A stretch of 63,474 nt of DNA, filler included, from Reclinomonas americana ATCC 50394 (lineage: Eukaryota), in NCBI GenBank assembly GCA_048213135.1. It is 6 parts of 2 records of this genome, joined end to end, with 100 filler letters (N's around TTAATTAATTAA, not from the genome) between each part and the next. Parts side by side here need not be neighbours in the genome. Positions count along the whole stretch, not along the records: positions 46,346 to 54,765 come from PS015148.1; positions 54,866 to 61,996 come from PS015149.1; positions 62,097 to 63,474 come from PS015149.1; 3 more parts are not named here. One strand, written 5' to 3'. Position 1 is the first letter of the stretch. Each line of letters begins with the position of its first letter. The notes under the pieces were generated by a model. That model saw nothing but the letters and a program-made list of their open reading frames with translations, was not told where the DNA came from and did no database searches. Shown one piece after another: positions 47,959 through 63,474 of this stretch. The position numbers and the translations under genes are program-made.

Positions 47959-50900
47959 TCAAGCACTCGGCGGCGCCTGCATTTGACGATCCGGAACGTC
48001 CGGGGCGCACGACTCCACCAGCACATTCTGGAACGTTGTCGACGCGAGGTGGCCATCTGCGTCGGAGGAAAACTGCAGCACGCGCCACCAGCGATAGTTG
48101 TTGGGGTTGTCGGTCGGCACCGTCAGTGGTCGCACGACACCGGCTTCGTCAATGTAGGTCACGGCGGCGCCCGACTGCTCCAGCGGAGCATTCGAGTTGT
48201 TGTTCGCTTGCACCAAGTTGACGCAGTACGTGTACGTCGAGCTCGGTTTCAGTTGCACCACCGTGGTGATCTCCACACCTGAAAAGCCGGCGATAATGTC
48301 ATTGTTCAGAATGGCAAAGGGGGGTGTGTAAACACTGCCAAAGCCAAAGGTAGGCACGTCGTTGATCACTCGGGTGGTTGCTGAAGTCGTCGGAGTTGCC
48401 GGGGTCGTAGACTTGAGGTGCACGCTCTTGTCGAACGGCGTCGCCACTACAAAGTTGTCGTACGGCGTGGCGAGATAGGCATCCAAATCGGTGGTCGACT
48501 GCGTCGTCCACGACAAGTACAGCGTGACTGGGAACGAGCTGGGAATGTTGATGACGATAGTGCCCATGTCTGCTGTGTCGCCCACCGCCGGTGTCGTAAA
48601 TGCCGTGTCGCCGCTGCTGAAGCCATGATAAGTGGCACCAATGAGGATGCGCTCGCCGCCACCCTTGACAATCGTGGAGAAGCGGCCGTTGCTATCGGTC
48701 GTTGTCGAGTAGTAGCCGTTGTACGTGACACCGTAGTGGTAGACAGTGGCATTCACCAATGGCTCGCCATCGCTCGTCGTCACCGCTCCGGTGACAGTGG
48801 CTTGCGTAAACACCTGGTCAATGTTCCAGTACGTAAAGTGCGACACTCTGGACGGGAGAAAACGCAGATAAGCACACACACACACGCTGCATCGCACGCA
48901 CGCAACACAACACAACACATCACCGTACTCACGTTCCAGTGAACTCGCCGCCGGGTTGGCGCTGCATCGCGCCATCTTCGACCCACAATCCGAGGTCCGG
49001 ATCAAAGTACCACAATGGAATCGAGGCCACATCCGGGAGCGTACCGGAGGTTGACGACAGCGTGAGCGCGGCGCCCTTTTGCGGGTCCAGCTTGGGTGTG
49101 ACGCCATCGGCGCGGGGGTAAATCGTCACCACAAAGTAGCCGAAACTCTCGATTGGCGCCTCGCCGCCACTCAGTGGTCGGCCGACGAAAAGGCCGGGGA
49201 AGGCGTAACTCGTAATGTCGGTGGCCTTGGGGAACATGAAGGTCGAGATCGCAACCATCACCGGGTTCTTGTCGAGGTCGCCTAGCGGTGCGCCCGTGGC
49301 TGAGTCGACAAACGCAGTCGGCGGGAAGCTGACTGCAAGCGCGTTACCGCCTGAGCCATTGCTCATGAAAACACCGCCAGTCGCAGTAACGCCAAGCAAG
49401 GTGTCGGCAGCCGCCAGGCGAATGTCTGTCGCCGTAATGTCGCCCGCCGCAATCGACACGGTGCTGTATGCGTCGTGGTAGCCAACAAGCGAAGCGCGCA
49501 CCACGGTACGCTCCTTCACCGGCACGTTGGCAATCATATACGTGCCGAAGGTGCCGGAAATCACCGAACCCACGCCCTCGATTGTGACCACGGCGTTGGC
49601 AAGTGGATCGCCACTCGTAGACAAGATGGTGCCGGATACGATGCCGACCGGAGCAGAGCTGTGAGGGAAACCATGTGAGTCGCTGGCAAGGGACGAAAAG
49701 CGCAGCAGCGGAGTGCAATCACAAACCATTTGCGGTCGCTGACGGCCGTCGGCGCTTGCAGCTCAATCTCGCCGCGACCACACACGGTGAGTGGCTTGCA
49801 CGCGGTGTCCGCCATTGCCGAGCACGCGGCCGACTGGTACTGCACCTCCGAGCAGTTGGAGCACGGAGAGCACTGGCGATCTGCAGTGGCCGAGCAGGTG
49901 GCTGACTGGAACTGTCCAGCCGGGCAGTTGCCGGTGGAGCACGGAGAGCACTGGCGATCCGCAGTGGCCGAGCACACAGCCGATTGGAACTGTCCAGCCG
50001 GGCAGTTGCCGGTGGAACACAGAGAGCACTTGCGATCCGCAGTGGCCGAGCACGCGGCCGATTGAAACTGTCCAGCCGGGCAGTTGCCGGTGGAGCACAG
50101 AGAGCACTTGCGATCCGCGGTGGCCGAGCAAGTGGCTGTCTGGAACTGTCCAGCCGGGCAGTTACCCGTGGAGCACGGAGAGCACGCGCGACTGGCGCCC
50201 GTGGCCGTGTTGCAGGCAGCCGTCTGGAACTGTCCAGCCGGGCACGCACTGCAGTCGGCCTCTGTGTACGCGACACATGCACTCGCCGAGCCGCAGGTAC
50301 CGTTGAAGAAGTAGTTGTTGGGATACGATGCCGCTCGACACTGGCCACTCGGACCGCCGGCAAAGCACTGGCAGTAGTGGCCGCGATTGAGGTTGGCGGA
50401 GAGATCGCTGCGATTGCCGCAGTAGCAGGCTCCAGAGAGACAGAAGCCATATCTGTGTTGGTGGCGTTGTCGGCAGCAGCAGCAGCAGCACAAGTCTTCA
50501 AGCCAGATAACACGCAACGGAGAATTACACTGTTTATCCGTGGAGCAGCTCCCGCCGCCCGCCACCGCCGGAGGAAGCGGCGTCGGAGTGGGCGTGGGCG
50601 TGGGCAAGTCAGTGGCGGTCACGCACGCATCGGCCGCCATGCAAGTGCCGACTGCGCCAGCGTGCGAGTAATTCATGGGGAACGGTCGAGTATTGCACTC
50701 TCCACGAGTGCCGCCGGCAAAGCACTGACAGCGATCGCCGCGGTTGAGGTTCGCACTGCCATTGCTGCGGTTTCCGCACACGCAGGAGGAACTGTATGTG
50801 CATGTGAGCACGAGAGCACCCACCGCAAAATCGAACACACACGCGCAACTTGTTGTTGCAGTATCCGAACGGCGCGTTGCACTGCGCATCGTTGGTGCAC

Positions 50901-50995
50901 TGGTAGAAGCCGTGCGCGGCAGTGGCGCTGCAGAGGATGAAGAGGAGGGGAAGGAGGAGGAGGAGGAAGGGAGTGGTTTTCGCACCGCGTGACAT
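47959..50995 (-). CDS. Secreted multidomain protein: signal peptide, two Cys-rich modules, TNFR-like Cys repeats, carboxypeptidase-regulatory-like beta domains, YfaP/DUF2135-like C-terminus
   Basis: Approximate exons 50850-50995, 50519-50792, 49728-50452, 48933-49658 and 47959-48847 splice in phase. The signal is [20 protein letters not shown]. Duplicated module: CxCGNRSxxSANLNRGxxCQCFAGG. Other motifs: GxPLxNAxV (twice), IPLWYFDPDLGLWVEDG...VSHFTYWNID and VTLYLSW...DLDAYLATP. Confidence 0.85.
49790..50250. repeat. Coding tandem repeat, 78-nt unit (CPAGQFQSAxCSATADRxCSxCSTGN), about five copies plus a degenerate one
   Basis: actgtccagc occurs at 49911, 49989, 50067, 50145 and 50229. Confidence 0.92.
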
Positions 50996-51147
50996 GCTGA
51001 AAATTGAATTGTTCCGTAAGCGGACAATGCAAGGCGAGGACGGACGTCACACGGTAGTAATGCAATGCGTTCTCTAAGAGGCACAAGTGTGGAAATGGGG
51101 CGGTCACAACATTTAGCATAACTAGGCCCATCGTCGACGAGCGAATA

Positions 51148-61996
<10,849 letters not shown>

Positions 61997-62096
61997 NNNN
62001 NNNNNNNNNNNNNNNNNNNNNNNNNNNNNNNNNNNNNNNNTTAATTAATTAANNNNNNNNNNNNNNNNNNNNNNNNNNNNNNNNNNNNNNNNNNNN
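61997..62096. other. Artificial contig linker
   Basis: N44-TTAATTAATTAA-N44. Confidence 0.95.
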
Positions 62097-62142
62097 TTCC
62101 CCCTCTTCCCCCCCATCTCACCCACCCTTCCCTTCTATGCAG

Positions 62143-63120
62143 GACCCTCCCCCCGCGACATTGCCGCCCGCCGCGGTGGCACCTTCTCGCCCGTGCCACC
62201 CCTTCCCCTACCACCGGGCCCCAGCGAACCAATATCCTCGCTGGCACCCCAATCGCCCCCGCCGGCGGCCGTCACCGGTCTGCAGAAGCGCGTGGCCAAC
62301 AACTCACTCGCACAACGCCGCACATGCAACATGACGCCACAACAGCAGAAAGTGGCTCTGATTGTTCTCATCACATTCCACGTGCTGGTGTTTTGGCTGG
62401 TGGCCGGCATGGTGTTCAAGCTGTCGCCCATTGTCTTCCGCGGCAGCTCGTCGCTGACGACATTGACAATTACCGGTGCGGCCAACACATTTGTTGCTGG
62501 TGGTGTGGTGCTTATATTCAAAGCACTCACCGTTTTTTTTCAGGCAACACGAGTGCTGCCTCGGTCTCCGCCACCACCTCTGTAACGGCGCCACAAGTCA
62601 CCGCCACCAACAGCATGTCTATTCAGTCCCAATCAACGGCCGTGCTCAATTTCCAGCCAGCCGGTTCAGCGTCGACAAGTGGTACTGGATACACCATTAC
62701 CTCCAGCACGCCAACAACATTATCCATCACGCGCGACAACATCCCCGTGTTGACGTTTGAGCCCATTACCACCGCGTCTGCACGTCGCCGTCTCTTTGAC
62801 GCGTCGTCGAACGACACTGCCGTCGGCGTCATCTCGCGCAAGATCATGCTCGGCGACTCCACCATTACCGACGAGATTCAATTGACTCGTATTGCGGCAT
62901 CGGCCGGTGGTGGACTGACCAGCATTCGTGGACAGGATGCAGTTGTGTTTTTGGAGGGCGGGATAGTCGTTTTTTTCTGTGTAGCCAGCATGTAGCTGAC
63001 GGGGAGGTGAATGCGTGCAGGGATCAACGGGAACTGGTGGTGCCGTGCTGCTGGCCGCTGGTGCCGGTAGCCCCGGTGGTGAGGTCCGAGTGCGTGCTGG
63101 TGCCGGCGGCAATGCCACTT
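62143..63120 (+). CDS. Partial single-pass (type II-like) membrane protein with Thr/Ser-rich beta strands and Gly-rich GGxVxLxAGxG repeats
   Basis: A Pro-rich cytosolic part precedes the TM segment VALIVLITFHVLVFWLVAGMVF. Later exons give ...TASARRRLFDAS... and GSTGTGGAVLLAAGAGSPGGEVRVRAGAGG. The gene is truncated at both ends. Confidence 0.65.
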
Positions 63121-63474
63121 GTTGCGTAAAGGAGATAGAGAAGGAGAAGAGCCGGAGACGGCGGATTCCTCGTGCTTTCGCGCTTCTCTCTACTTGTTCT
63201 CGCACACGTGCTCTCTCCCAGACGTAGTGGGGGGAGATGGGGTGAAGGGAAACGGAACTGTTTCGTGTCTCATCTGGTGTATACGCGTTATTCTCCATCA
63301 GTTTCTTCCTCTCCTCCTCTGGTTCTCGCTCTCGTTCCTTGTTACGCTTGTTTCCCTCTGTAACTTCTTCTTCCCACCGCCGTTTCACGTCACTCTCCTT
63401 CAGTTGCCCACTGTTCTTCTTCTCTTATGTGTGTCTCTCTCTTCCTCGCCAGCTTATTTCGCTTTCTCTCTCTC

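Overview
This is intron-rich nuclear DNA from a unicellular eukaryote. Exons are GC-rich, introns are short (mostly about 55-100 nt) or expanded by microsatellites, and the assembly is a draft with N-gaps and five artificial N44-TTAATTAATTAA-N44 contig linkers. By hand-splicing I can model about 15 protein genes: a myotubularin, two orphan tandem paralogs flanking a highly repetitive WD40 gene, an SLC43/FMP42-like MFS transporter, an EBP/EBPL-family protein, an A20-zinc-finger protein plus a degraded paralog, a partial TPR gene, a large propeller/solenoid/Zn-finger trafficking-type protein, UQCC5/SMIM4, a long Pro-rich ankyrin protein with one inverted segment, a small LRR protein, PHYHD1, a secreted Cys-repeat chimera, a very large kinesin-like gene and a partial type II membrane protein. 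I saw no rRNA, tRNA, CRISPR array or recognisable transposon. Two signals stand out. (1) One minus-strand locus appears to encode three to four tandem kinesin motor domains that have lost switch I/II catalytic residues but keep the microtubule-binding motif. (2) There is a recurrent GTTRCGY 5' splice-site class, one nucleotide out of register with GTRMGT, found after non-G exon ends in every case I phase-checked. All family assignments come from motif recognition by eye and none has been checked against a database.
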